Below, piece after piece: positions 35,497 through 48,617 of a DNA stretch of 64,000 nucleotides. Position 1 is the stretch's first letter. The number at the start of each line of letters is the position of its first letter. The notes under the pieces were generated by a model. It was not told where the DNA came from and did no database searches. It saw nothing but the letters and a program-made list of their open reading frames with translations. Both the position numbers and the translations under genes were made by a program. The DNA comes from Mobula hypostoma (lineage: Eukaryota), in NCBI RefSeq assembly GCF_963921235.1, contig NC_086102.1:144584001-144648000 (forward strand), read 5' to 3'.

Positions 35497-36900
35497 ACAA
35501 GAAAAAAATCTGCAGATGCTGAAATCCTAGCAACTCACACAAAATGCTGGAGGAACTCAGCAGGCCAGGCAGTATCAATGGAAAAGGATACAGCTGAAAC
35601 CCTTTGGCAAGACTGGAGAAAAAAAGCTGAGGAGTAGAGTTAAAAGGTGGGGGAAGGGGAGGGAGAAACACAAGGTGATAAGTGAAATGGAGGGGGAGAG
35701 ATGAAGAAAAGAGCTGGGAAGTTGATTTGTGAAAGAAACAGAGACCATGGAAGAAAGAAAAGGGAGGAGGAGTACTAGAGGGAGGCAATGGGCAGGGAAG
35801 GATATAAGGTGAGAGAGGAAAGGGGGGATGGGAAATGCTGAAGGGGAGAGGCATTACCGGAAGTTAGAGAAATTGATGTTCATGCTATCAGGTTGGAGGC
35901 TACCCAGATGGAATATAAGGTGCTGTTCCTCCAACCTAAGTGTGGCCTCATCATGACAGTGGAGCAGGCCATGGATGGACATATCAGAATGGGAATAGGA
36001 AGTGGAATTAAAATGGGTAGCCACTGGGAGATCCTTCTTTTCCCTGCAGACAAGTGTAGGTGTTTGGTGAGGTGGTCTCCCAATCTACGTTGGATCTCAC
36101 AATATACAGGAGGCCACACCAGGAGCACTGGACACAGTAGACAACACCAAAAGACTCACAGGTGAAGTGTCACCTCACCTGGAAGGACTGTTTAGGGTCC
36201 TGAATGGTAGTGAGGCAGGAGGTGTAGGAGCAGGTATAGCACTTGTTCCACTTGCAAGCATAAGTGCTAAGTGCCAGGAGGGAGATCAGTGGGCTGGGAT
36301 GAATGGACAAGGGAGTCGCATAGGGAGATATCCCTGTGGAAAGCAGAAGGGGTGGGGAGGGAAAGGTGTGCTTGGTGGTGGAATCCCGTTGGAAATGGCA
36401 CAAGTTTCAGAGAATTATGTGCTGGACGTGGAGGCTGGTGGGATGGATGCTCTCGTGCTGCTTCCTGCACCCACGCTGAACTCGTCGACTTCATCTACTT
36501 TGCCTTCAGCTTCCATACTGTCCTCAGATTTACCTGGTCCATTTCCAACACCTCCCTCCACTGTCTCTATCTCCTGAGACAGCTTATCCACTGATGTCCA
36601 TTACAAACACATGGACTCTCACAGCTACCTGGACTATATCTCTTCCCACCCTGTTACTCGTAAAAATGTCATCCCCTTCTCTCAAATCTTCTTTCTCTGC
36701 TGCATCCACTCTTAGCATGAGGCTTTTCATTCTAGAACAAAAGAGACGTCCTCCTTTTTCAAAGAAAGGGGCTTCCCTTCTTCCACCATCAATGCTGCCC
36801 TCAACCACATCTCTTCTATTTCACGCACGTCCACTCTTACTCCATTCTCCTGCCTCATGTCCTCATCCACCAGCCTCCACATCCAGCATATAATTCTCCA
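35497..36900. mobile_element. Penelope-like element with internal inversion (minus 35497-~36442, plus ~36443-36900)
   Basis: Minus part has the pLTR and GIY-YIG remnants; plus part has RT C-terminal sequence (AASCTHAELVDFI, DSHSYLDY). Confidence 0.8.
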
Positions 36901-37872
36901 AAAAATTCATCAAAGAGCTTCATCTAAATTCTCTTATTTGACAGTTTTCACACCAATCAGTTACAAAACCATCTAATCTAAAAAAGGTCTGAAAGTTACT
37001 CCAACCTTGTCAACATATTGGCCCGTAGGTCTTCTGATCCCTGCTTACAGTTCTCACAGCCAACTGGTAGAAATTTCTGACATTGCTGGATTAAAATACT
37101 CCATCAAAATTCTCACAGGACACCTCATCGTGCTGAGTGGTCTGATGATCAAAGCATTTAGTATTTCTTTAGTCCAATTACTGGTAGTATTGCCTTCCTT
37201 TTAGTGCTGGTCTCAGGAGCATTTTCAACTGTTCCATATAGAGAGCTGTCATACCTTTGCAGTGCACCAAAATATCTGGCACATTCTGAACACTCATCTA
37301 ACTGTGATGACTGATAAAATGCATAAAAATCCACTAAAATCCCCACCACACTTTCCCTAAAGGTAGATAAGTATCAAAAAATAAGATGTTTATTTTCATG
37401 GTTCCAATGCAGGAGATTAAAAATTGGGGCCTGAATATGAAGGGGAGCATTGCTACAGTGGACCTGAAGAAACTGTCCTCAAAATTCATCTACCTGCACT
37501 GGAGGACCCTGAAGGAGTTTAGACCCTGACCAGAGATGAGTGAGGTGAAGGGAACATACGTATTCAGTTAGGCCCAAAAGTTCCATAAGGCCCAGGGCTT
37601 CTCTAGCCTAAATGATCTCAATAATAAGACGGGATAATTCTTGCTAACTCAAAAATCTTCACATTGGCAAAAACAGCTGCCAAGGGAAAGGTATAATGGC
37701 ATTTAAAAGAGAACTTTTAAAGGAAAGTCATGAAAGAATATATGGAGAAGGGTTGGATTTCTTACAGTATGTTAGAACTGGGGGGCTGATGTTCACTGGG
37801 GTATTCCCCTTTACCAAACAATGATCTCAGCAAGTCCTGAGATGGAGAAAAAGGATGGGTAAATGTAAAATA

Positions 37873-38406
37873 CATTCAGTGCCTACTTTATTAGGTACCC
37901 CCCCCCCCAATAAAGTGGCCACTGAGTGTATGTTTGTGATGTTCTGTTGTAGTCCATCCACTTCAAGGTATGACATGTGCATTTTTGCATGCCACTGTTG
38001 TAAGACTTGGTTACTTGAGTTACTGTCGCCTTCCTGTCAGTTTGAACCAGTGTGGCCATTCTCCTCTGACCCCTCATTAACAAGGCATTTTTCACCCACA
38101 GAATTGCCTCACACTGGATGCTTTTATTTTCACACTATTCTCTGTAAACTCTAGAGATTGTTGTGCGTGAAAATCCCAGGAGATCAGCAGTTTCTGAGAT
38201 ACTCAAACCACCCTGTCTGGCATCAACAATCATTCTATGCTCAAAGTCAATTCGAGCCCATTCTGATATTTGATCAGAACAACAATTGAACTTCTTGACC
38301 AAGTCTGCATCCTTTTATGTATCGAGTTGCTGCCACATGATTGGCTAATGAATTATTTCCATTAACTCGCAGATGTACAGGCATACCTAATAAAATGGCC
38401 ACAGTG
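37873..38406 (-). mobile_element. Tc1-derived non-autonomous element
   Basis: TA then TIR cattcagtgcctactttattaggtac ... cctaataaaatggccacagtg; internal remnant of a transposase N-terminus. Confidence 0.8.
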
Positions 38407-39159
38407 TTTTTAAGGGGTATAGGAGAACCCAAATAGCATTGTACATTTAGTATGACCTTAAAGAGAAAGGGCACAATAAACATTTTAATTGAATAATGTA
38501 GTTTCATTCATCAAAGTACATAGTGATGTTCTTGGATCCTTCAAGCTAGGAGGAGTAATCTACTGTACAGGATTTTGGTTAACACTGATAGAAACCTGCC
38601 TATAAAATGCTATGCTGTTGATCAGTGAACTGAAAAATTAAAGATTTACAACACCAAACAACCCTTCTGCCAATATTTCAAGCCAACTGGCAGATCCAAG
38701 CTATTCAGCGCAGGAAACAGTATCTCAGATGATTTGGCTTGAAGCTAACAGACTCTCTCCTGGCAGTCAACCAGCCCTCTTCTTTGATATGCATTGGTGC
38801 AATTAAGCCAGACCTCCGCCAAAATTATGATCATCTCCGGACAAAGAGTTATGTCATAAACTAGATTTAGATTAATTTTCATTCATCACAATCATGATAA
38901 AATAACAAGTCAAAGTTAATTATGCTGCTTAAATTGACAGATGTTGAGCACATAAAAAATTTATAATCAACAGCCAATACACTCACACAGCTCATAATAC
39001 ATAAATGACAAGAACACAAAGCTGTTGAGTAAACATAAGGATATAAAAAACCTGAAATTAATAACTTCAAATGTCAATCCTAAAAGGGATCAGAAGAAAA
39101 TAGAAAAACACGTGAAAGTCCATGATCTGTTAGAGTGCCAAGTGTTTTAATGTCTGTGT

Positions 39160-39400
39160 TATTTTTGCCTTTGTTATCCCTAGACTTGATTATTCTACCA
39201 TAATTCCTGGCCAGCTTCCATAAATCTGAGACGATCATATCCCAACTCAAGTCCTGTCCACTTCTATTCTTGCTGATTGCCCTGACTCCCAATTAAGCAA
39301 GCCATACATTTAAAATTGTCATTTTTTTAAAATTTCTCCATGACCTCATGTCATTCTTACCTCCAAAGTTTCCTCTATCTCCACAATCTTCCACCAATCC
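39160..39400 (+). mobile_element. Highly degenerate L2 ORF2 C-terminal fragment
   Basis: ctagacttgattattct (RLDYS) and ctcccaattaagcaagccatacatttaaaatt (LPIKQ..FKI-like). Confidence 0.55.
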
Positions 39401-39449
39401 TCCTACAATTCTCAAATTATTCATGATTTCAATCAGTTTACCACTAGCA

Positions 39450-39932
39450 TTTCATTCGTGATGAGACCTGGATGGTGGAAGGGAATTTAGTAGTCTTATC
39501 ACCTGGGAGAAGAAGCTGTTCTCCGTCCTAACAGTTCTTCTCCAAATGCTATGGTACATCCTGCCCATTTCTAGGGAGTAATAGAAATTGCTTGATGGAT
39601 GGGAGGGATCACTGACAATGCTAAGGGCCTTGCGTACGCAGCATTTCTGATAAGTATCTTTAATGAGCGGATTAGAGGCCTCAATAATGTTCCTAGCCAT
39701 CTTTGCAACCCTTTGCAGGGACTTGCAGTCAGATGCCTTGCAATTCCCATACCAGATGGTGATCCAACTGGTCAGGACATTCTCAATGGTGCAGCTGTAA
39801 AAATTGGTTAAATGGGGGCAGGGGGAGCCTCACGCACCTCAGTCTCCTCAGGAAGTGGAGATGCTGCTGCACTTTTTTGACCAAAGAGGTGGCTTTGGGA
39901 GACTAAGTGAGATTGTCCATTATGTGCACTCC
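39450..39932 (-). mobile_element. Degenerate Rex1 3' part
   Basis: CVRKALSIVSDPSHP...NSFFSQVIRLLN. Confidence 0.8.
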
Positions 39933-40484
39933 CTGAATAATAACTACAATAATTTCTTAATAATATTGCTGCATAATTTTTATTGGTGGACATTGTCTTT
40001 TGAACAAGGCAGCTGTCATTATACCCTCAGGATCTCAAGATTACTTTTGTGGCACATTCATTGGGCAAATCATGTTGGTTGCCTCTGAATAATGCTTACT
40101 GAAAACCTGCCAGACATATACATATCACAATGTATACAGCAGTGGCTAGATACCCAGCTGACAAATGAAACTCAGCACTTCAAACAATGTTCTCATGTAA
40201 ACTCAGAGATCAGAGTACACATAAAACAGAGCAAACACCATAACAACTCCCACTCCGTTCCCCACCAGCTCTAGTTAAAAGGATCATAATTTATTTACAG
40301 GTTAGTCACTAATTGGCAGTCTGCGTGAAGATGCTGTAAGTCAGTGTATGTTTGAAAGCTGTTTGGATACTAAGTCGGTAGAGCAGTTGCTGAAGAACAT
40401 GTTGCTGACTTCTAATTTCCTGCGCAGACTAGTTGCTCTCTGAAAAAATATGCATTAATAGACAATTCTTCAATATACAAGGGT

Positions 40485-40860
40485 CAAAGGTTCAAAGGTC
40501 AAATTTAACATCAGAGAAATGTATACAATATACACCCTGAAATGCTTTTCCTTCACAAACATCCACGAAAAACAGAGAAGTACTCCAAAGAATGAACAAC
40601 AGTTAAATGTGAGAACCCCAAGGTCCCTCCCAGCTCCCCCTCCCACGCGTAAGTGGCAGCGAGCAACGGTCCCCCCTCCCCCCACCATCAAAAAAAAAGC
40701 GCATTGGTACCATCACCGAGCCCAAGCATGTGCTGAGCAATAGTAAAGACACAGACCAAAGTTACCACAAAAGCTTCACATTTCATCCGAAATTCGACAA
40801 ACCACAGGTTCTCTCTGTCCCTGGCAAGGGAGAGGGAGGTGTCTCTCATTTTCCTCCTAA
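40485..40860 (-). mobile_element. Non-autonomous retroposon with (TTTGAACC)n-like tail
   Basis: tcaaaggttcaaagg tail; related fragment at 63108-63290. Confidence 0.6.
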
Positions 40861-40977
40861 GAGAGCTCCGGTGTTATGTAGAGCATGAGCAGAACACCCA
40901 GTACAGGACAAGATACACGAGGGGCAGGAGGGTGACAGAGACATGCTCTCAGCGGCGGCTTCTGTATGCCAAAGGTA

Positions 40978-41411
40978 CACACAATGGCCACTTTATTAGG
41001 TACCTCTGCAGAACACTGTAATAATGCATGGTTATTTGAGTTACTGGCACCTTAAACCAGTCTGGCCATTCTCCTCTGACCTCTCTCATTACAGCTGTTC
41101 TCTGGATTTTTGTTTTTGTTTTTGCACCATTCTCTGTAAACTCCAGATAGCATTGTGCATGAAAATCCCAGGAGATCAGTAGTTTCTGAGATACACAACT
41201 ACCACTTCTGGCACCAATAATCATTCCACATTAAATATCACTTGGATCACATTTCTTCCCCATTTTGCTGTTTGTTCTGAACAACCATTGAACTTCTTGA
41301 CCATATCAATATGCTTTTATGCACTGAGTTGCTGGCACATGAATAGGCTGATTAGATACTTGCATGAATGGGCAGGTGTACAGGTGCGCCTAAAAAAAGT
41401 TGCCACTGAGT
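40978..41411 (-). mobile_element. Tc1-derived non-autonomous element
   Basis: TIRs cacacaatggccactttattaggtac and cctaaaaaaagttgccactgag; homologous to 37873-38406. Confidence 0.8.
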
Positions 41412-42261
41412 TTAAAAAAGACCATTTGCCTTCCTAAACCTCAATGAGGATAAATGCTTTAGATATCAGTACTTCAATCCCACCATCACAGCAATCTTAG
41501 ACAATGCAAGGAATACATTGCTGGCAGCTCTCAAGCTCGCTATTTGTAATTCTTCCTGTTTGGAGTTAGAGAGAGATGCAGTATCTCGTAGATTGCCATC
41601 CTTACAAAAGCGAGGTCACAGAGGCATTTCATTGAAAAAGGGACAACTACCTTTCATTCTTCCTTGTGTTGATCAGGGGGATAGCGTAGCACATATGCAA
41701 GAATTACAGGCTTCCCATTGTGCATGTCAAGCTCTGATGGCCCACATATCAATTTGCAGCTGTCGTATATTCTCTTTGATCTACATTCAGGTAAAGTCTT
41801 ATTGCTGTGCAATATGTGATAGAAGAGAGCTTTGTCACACAAAGTAATTCTAGTGCCTGATTTAGAAGGAACCTTACAGTTCTAAATGAAGTGATAGTAC
41901 TTTTATCTTGCATTGACTGGCTCTTGCACTTTGAAATAAAATATAACTTAGTTGCCTTGTGAGGAGAGGGAAGGAGTGAACCTTTACAGCATAAACAGAA
42001 GGCAATGTGAGAGCAAGGTGTGCTGTAATACAGGGACAAAGAAAATGCATGAGGATATTGTCATCTCTGATAGTTTCAATCTTGCCTCAGCCATAGGCAA
42101 GTGTGTACAACTGTACCAAATGGATCATTTCCGCTGCGCCCAAGTATGCACCACCTTGATATGCAAGATAGAGATAATAACTGGATGACAGGGCTCTATT
42201 GCTGGAAGTTAATGTAACAGTGGTATGCTAAAGAGTCAAAGATCACATAATGTTCAGCATG

Positions 42262-42432
42262 AAGACACAGAGACTGCAGATGCTAGAAATCAGAATCAAC
42301 TCACAAAAGGAGCTGGAGGAACTCAATGGGTCAGGCAGCATCTGTGGAGGGGAAAGTCTCAACCCGAAACATTGACTGTTCATTTCCCTCCATAGATGCT
42401 GCTTAACCCATTCAGTTCCTCCAGTTCCTTTG
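42262..42432. mobile_element. Short PLE insertion with inverted arms
   Basis: ctggaggaactcaatgggtcaggcagcatctgtggaggg is the inverse of ccctccatagatgctgcttaacccattcagttcctccag; half-hammerhead cccgaaacattgactg in the middle. Confidence 0.75.
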
Positions 42433-42769
42433 GAAGTTCAGTTTGAATCCTGATTTAGAGATTATCGGTGCTTGGGTCACAAGGTCTATCTGGAACTAAT
42501 AGTAAAATCTGAAGAATGTTAGACACTCAGGGAACAGAGCTTCACTAAGAAAGCTAGCCAATGAACAGTATAGTTAGCATTGACCAAACTGGAAGTATAT
42601 GGAAATACAAAGATAGCGCAAAATTAAAAAAAAAATAAACTCCCCATGTAATTAGCAAAAATCCCACTTACATTCTTCTCTTGGTAAAAGTTAATATTTA
42701 CTTTGCAGGCTCTAAACCAGATGACAGTTGAGAAGTTACTTTCAATTTCAACGAGTGGTCAATCATAGA

Positions 42770-43941
42770 TCAGGAGCGAGAGAAGAGGTGACTTACACAG
42801 GTCGGTGAGTGTGCATTAAAAAGCAGCGCTTAGCAGGAGTTTCAGCATTTGAACAGTGGCCAGTCAGAGACTGGGATTCATTAGCAAGGACAAATACAAA
42901 TCGGTCAGGTGCAAGCAGAGTAGCCTTTGCTGGAGTGGACAGTGTTAGAGCGGGATCTTGAAGCTTTAGCTCTGATGCTTCAGTGAGGGAAGGTGAAAAT
43001 CCGTAGGTAGATTTTTTTTTGTTGGTTTATTTATTGTTTCCTTCCTTATAATTGAACAGTTAGAGCAGTAGGGATGCCAGGCAGTATAGTGGAATGCTCT
43101 TCTTGTGGGATGTGGGAAGGCAGTGTCCCTGATGACTATACCTGTGAGAAGTTCGTCTATTTACAGCTTCTTACACTCTGCATTCAGGAGTTAGAACTGG
43201 AACTGGATGAAGTTTGGATCATTCAGGATTAGATTAGATTAGATTATGAGGACACACAGTCCTCTTTTATTGTCATTTAGTAATGCATGCATTAAGAAAT
43301 GATACAATTTGTTCCTCCAGAATGATATCACAGAAACACAAGACAAACCAAGACTTTAAAAAACTGACAAAAACCACATAATTATAACATATAGTTACAA
43401 CAGTGCAAAGCAATACCGTAATTTGATGAAGAACAGACAATGGGCACAGTAAAAAAAAAGTCTCGAAGTCTCTCAAAAGTCCCACTATCTCACGCAGAAG
43501 GTTGAAGGGAGAAACTCTCCCTGCCATGAGCTTCCAGCACCACAAACTTGCCGATGCAACATCCTGGAAGCACCCGACCACATGAGGGTATGACAGACAG
43601 GACATATAGAGAGTTAATTACACCCACGATACAGGACACAGGAAACTGGGTGACAGTCAGGAGGGGGAAAAAGGGTTAAATAGCCAGCTTAAATGGGGAA
43701 CATGGGGGGAAACTTCTTCACTCAGAGAGTTGTGAAAATGTGGAACGAGCTGTCAGCACAAGTGGTGGGTGCAATTTTGATTCCGACATTTAAAAGGACA
43801 GGTACATGCATGGGAACGGTATGGAGCATGATGATCCAGGTACAAGACAATGGGACTAGGCAATTTAAATGGTTCAGCACAGACTAAATGGGCTGAAGGG
43901 CCTGCTTCTATACTGTAGTGTTCTATGTCTCTATGACTCTA
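42770..43941 (+). mobile_element. Internally deleted CR1 (5' UTR and ORF1 start joined to 3' end), with nested retroposon at 43230-43581
   Basis: ORF1-like MPGSIVECSSCGMWE...YTCEK...ELELELDE, then NWVTVRRGK, then directly NFFTQRVVKMWNEL and ctatgactcta tail. Confidence 0.75.
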
Positions 43942-44329
43942 ATTGGACCAATATGTGTAAACTGCAATAAATAACTGATCATGAATTAATCAAATATACT
44001 TAATGAAATCTTCATCTCCAATTGTGCACTATATAAAAGCAAGCACTGCTGTCACGTTAAGGTGTAGCACATGACATTGGAGCTCTCTTGGGAATATCAA
44101 ATTCACTGACAGCACATTCATACCAACCCTCTGTGTTGCAGCGTATTTGTGACAGAATTCCTCCGAAATTAACAAGGAAGATTTGAGGTGCTGTTTATTC
44201 CTACAGTAGTGATGTTTTATTTCTTTGCAAGTTAATTAGATTAACCAAACCACACAATCAGTTGATCCCTAACTAGTTTTTCCAGGGGTAATCAGTTACT
44301 TTAACTTCTTTGGTGGAGAAATAAATAGA

Positions 44330-45562
44330 ATCTGTTTTAAGGAAGAATATAAACTTTCATATAGAAGAAAGACAAACTTGATACACTCAATTTGAATCTT
44401 GTTAAGAGAAGTACTCATCAAGTGATTGAATATTTTTAGGAGGTATCAAAATGGCTGATAAGGATAATCTGCTTGTTATGTTTGATACCACAGCTCTTTT
44501 CAAGAAGCTGTACAACAGGTTGGTCAAAAATTAAAAGCCCATGGGATTCAAGAGAGAATGGCAAACTGTCTGAGTAGCAGGAAGTAAAGAGTTATAGTTG
44601 AAGGTTAGTTTTACTAGAAGTCTGGTACAGTGGTGTTTTGCAGTACCATGTTCTTGATCTGAACTTAATGTATTATCAATTACTTCAAAAGAAATCCAGG
44701 ATGCATATAAAGACATTTGCAATGATAGATAACATTGTCATGATATGGACAAAGAAGAGGAAACACTAGAATGGTAGAATATATAGATGGCCTGCTCAAT
44801 AGGCAGGAAAATGACAAATTGATTTAGTCTGAAATATAATGCAATGCACTTGTGGAGGGGAGAAGGGGGAGGAAATATAAAACAAATGGTAGAATGTTGA
44901 GTGGTGACTTTGAAATATACGTCCATAGATCCTTTGAGATAGTAAGACATCTGGTGTATTAAAATGACATATGGATGATTTCCTTTCTTAGCCAATGGAT
45001 GGAAAGCAGGGATGTCACAACTGTATGCAATGCTAATTAGCCCATAGTTTGATCACTACATGTAATTGTAGTCATTGCTTTAAAGGAAAGATGTGATTGC
45101 ATTAGAGACAGTACTGAGTGGATTCACAAATATGTTGCCAGGGCTGTATATTTTTAATCAAGGAAACATTTCATGTGCTACTGTTGTTTTGATTGAAGGA
45201 CCAAAGGCTGAGAGGAGATTTAAGTGTAAGATTATAAAGAGCCAAGTTAGAGTAACTGGGAAGGATCCATTTCCCTTGATGGAGGAATCCAAAACCAGCG
45301 GGTATAGAACTGAAGTAATTGGCAGAGTGTCAGAGAGGAGATGAGCAGATTTTCTTTTTACCCAGAGGGTAGTAAAAATCTGGAATTCTCTGTCTGGAGT
45401 GGGATGATTCTTCATTGCGTATAAAATAGATCACTATGTATGTTTGAAGAACTGTGACCTGCGGGGAGATGGACTTAGTGCCGTTAGGTGACATTAGGCT
45501 GAGCAACTCTGTTTAACTAGCAGAGGCACAATGTGCATCTGCGTTGTAGGTCTTCTATGATT
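44330..45562 (+). mobile_element. Highly degenerate CR1 LINE
   Basis: Residual motifs (FTNMLPGL; tttacccagagggtagtaaaaatctggaattctctg) and a ttctatgatt tail. Confidence 0.65.
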
Positions 45563-46454
45563 CAATTATACAGAGAATTAAAAAATGAGATCTCCCCCAC
45601 AAGATTCCCTGCTGATGCAAAGTGAGTTCTTGCTAATTGGGAAAGATCAAAACAAAAATCACGAAAGCCTCAAGTGCTTTAAATTTGAAATAAAAACAGA
45701 AAGTAACAGCAATTCAGGTAGCATTTGTGGAAATAGAAACAGAATTAACAGTTCAGGTTAAAGATCCTCCCCCTCTCAAATTATATACATGTCCAGTATA
45801 AAGTGTATCAATCAATGTCAGAAAAAAACACTGCCTTACTGCATGGCAGGACCACGTCCCACAGAAAAAAAATCATTTAGGAAATACTCAATAGTGTTTC
45901 TATAAAGAGAATCGGGGAAGATAAAAAAAGATTAAACACGTTTTAAAGTGCAAGGTGGTGGGGGGGGGTGGAGAGAAGAGAACAAAAAGTAAACGTCTGT
46001 CAGGGTACCAGGAGAGATTGAATGAAGGGGTGATGATGAAAGATGGGAGGCTGATAATAGGATAAACATGTGAACAAAATGGGAGTCTACAGGATATGCA
46101 AACATGGTCTCCTTTTTAAATTACCAGAGAAAATTGGAGTGAAGGCTGAAGGTCTATAATCTGAAATAATTCTCCTGAAATTTTGAAATAGAACCTTCAG
46201 GACGCAATCTTGAGTTTGATAACTTCAGATAATCAGCATTTTGATTACTTCCCTTCGGCCTCAGTCCAACTTAAATGTTTACATGGTTTGCCCCTCAATC
46301 ACAAAACCCAGTGGCGCGTTATTTCCAAGTCACTCTGCAGAAAAAAGACACTTTGTCCTTTACCCCCTATCCTTTACATATAAACTTAGATTGCACCTCA
46401 GTATTTTTTGGTCCATTTTATATTTTGACTTCTCTGTGAAATAAGTAATGAAAT

Positions 46455-46617
46455 CAATACACACAAAGTACTGGAGGAATTAAGCAGGTCACGCATCATC
46501 CGTGGAAATGAACAGTCGACGTTTCAGGCCGAGACCCTTCTTGCATCCTGAGTTCTTACGGCATTTTATATGTCTTGTTTTGGACTTCCAGCATCTGCAG
46601 AAATTCTCGCATTTATG
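46455..46617. mobile_element. Short PLE insertion with inverted arms and 11-bp TSD
   Basis: TSD agtaatgaaat at 46444-46454 and 46618-46628; half-hammerhead gtcgacgtttcaggccgagacccttc. Confidence 0.85.
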
Positions 46618-48617
46618 AGTAATGAAATGTTGGGTTTCGCAGAGTTTAAGTTGCACGGCACATTAACAGCTTGGATTCACATTTAACAGAAAACACCAGC
46701 AGGTTTCAGTTTTCACAGAAAAAAACATGAAATCAAAGAATATGATTCACAAAATTCCAACTACTTGCATCTGTTCTGTGACTTCAAGTTAGAAAATAAA
46801 TAATCATGGGCACTCAAGTGCATATTCAAAATGCATGTCAAGGCAAAGAAATGGATTTTCTGGTCAAAAATTTCTTGAATTTTTTGGGGGCAGTGTTTCT
46901 TGAAGCATGCGACATCTATTGGACTTTTTACTGCACCTTTAAGCTCAATGTCATTTTACATCGTAACTTTGTGGGAGTGAGAGTTGGTAACAGCATGGCA
47001 GAGACATCCGAGGCTATGCTGAATGATGGAAACAACATTCCACTTCCTGAACCCAGGTTGTGAAACAAACTGGGGATTAAAAGAGAGAAAAATGGAATTA
47101 AACCAAGTACAGAATAATAATTATAAGATGAAAGATTTATTTAAGAGGATTTTTTTTAAAGACATATGATGAGACAGATACAGAATTACCCTGAAATTTG
47201 ATATTTCTTAATGTTCAACAACCTTACCAAGTGAGAGGAGGAATGAGAATCTATGAGAAGAAATCAAGATTGTTAATTTTCCAATCACTGTGACACGTCG
47301 TGTGCTGAGCTGACAATTGCCAGTCCCTGGTCACTAGACAATGCTACTGCTTCAGATATAGGCCCAGGTTCAGGCTTCTGATGGAAAGGCTTGATCTCAT
47401 TGCTGAAGACCATTGCAGCATAGGGCACCCCTGTACAAACAGCCTATTCTGACTACAATGAGGCTCAGCCTCATTTCACAGGCCAACAACCTACTATTTA
47501 TAATGAATACTTTTGATTCCTTCTGATCTTCACAAATATTGCCAATCTATGAACTGGCAAAATCAAAAAATAGTAAAATTATTAAAATACCGTTGGGAGT
47601 TATGAGAACACACACATAAGCACAGATAAAAATAATCTGTCATAGTCAAGTCAAATAAAAGCTTTCGTTATCTTTTCCCTGGCATCTGATTACTCGCATT
47701 ATTTTAATTACACCTACTTTAATCTCACCAGGTCAGCTTGGCATGGATTCGATGAGCAGATTTCCCCAGCCTGAGAGCTAGTGCTCTGCTGGGTAGAATG
47801 CTGGCCTACGGCCTCTCACTGGGAATTGCCCAGTCATGGGCAGGTCTTAGTGGAAAATCTGTCCTAATTTCATTGCTTAATAAGTACTTAATCCCCAGCC
47901 TTAATTTTCTGCAGTGCCTTTAATGGGAAAATCCAACACCTTTAATTAATAATGGAAAGGAAAATAGTCAGACACCATTTGTAGGAAGTAAGTAATGGAA
48001 TGAACAGATCAACCAGCTAGCTCCAAGATTTGTATCTGGCATAATTTCATACCCAATTTTGCTGTGTAATTTGCCCATAAATGATTATTTGTTTACAAGA
48101 TCTTGCTAATATTCAGCTTCCCAACTGATAAACTATAAGTATCAAGTATAGTGCAAAAGACTTTACAGAAGGTCTTATTAGAAAGGGAGGTGGAATGATG
48201 GGGGCGATTCAACACAAGGCCTGAGATACTATCAACAGCAGGTCAAAGATCGGTGGTGGATGGTCACAAACCCATAACAGAGGGAGAACTTTCAGGAAAA
48301 GGAAGGACTGCAGTATGGATAAAACATTCATACACAGAAGAGAATCGTATGTTTGAGTTGTTGGGGTAAATGGAGCAAATATAACTTTGGATAGGCTCAG
48401 ACTAAATTCTAAGAACATAGAAATAGCAGCAGGAATAGACCATGTGGCTCTTTTACTTTGTGTTTGAAGCAGATCAAAGTTGATCAGATCTTGACCTAGT
48501 GATCAATAGAAAAGCAACTCAGTCGACTTGGCACAAGAGAAGCTATGAGACCCAAAGCTCAGCACCCTGCCGCTAAAAAAGACTCGGCTTGGGAGAGGAT
48601 TGACTTGTTATTAAAGG

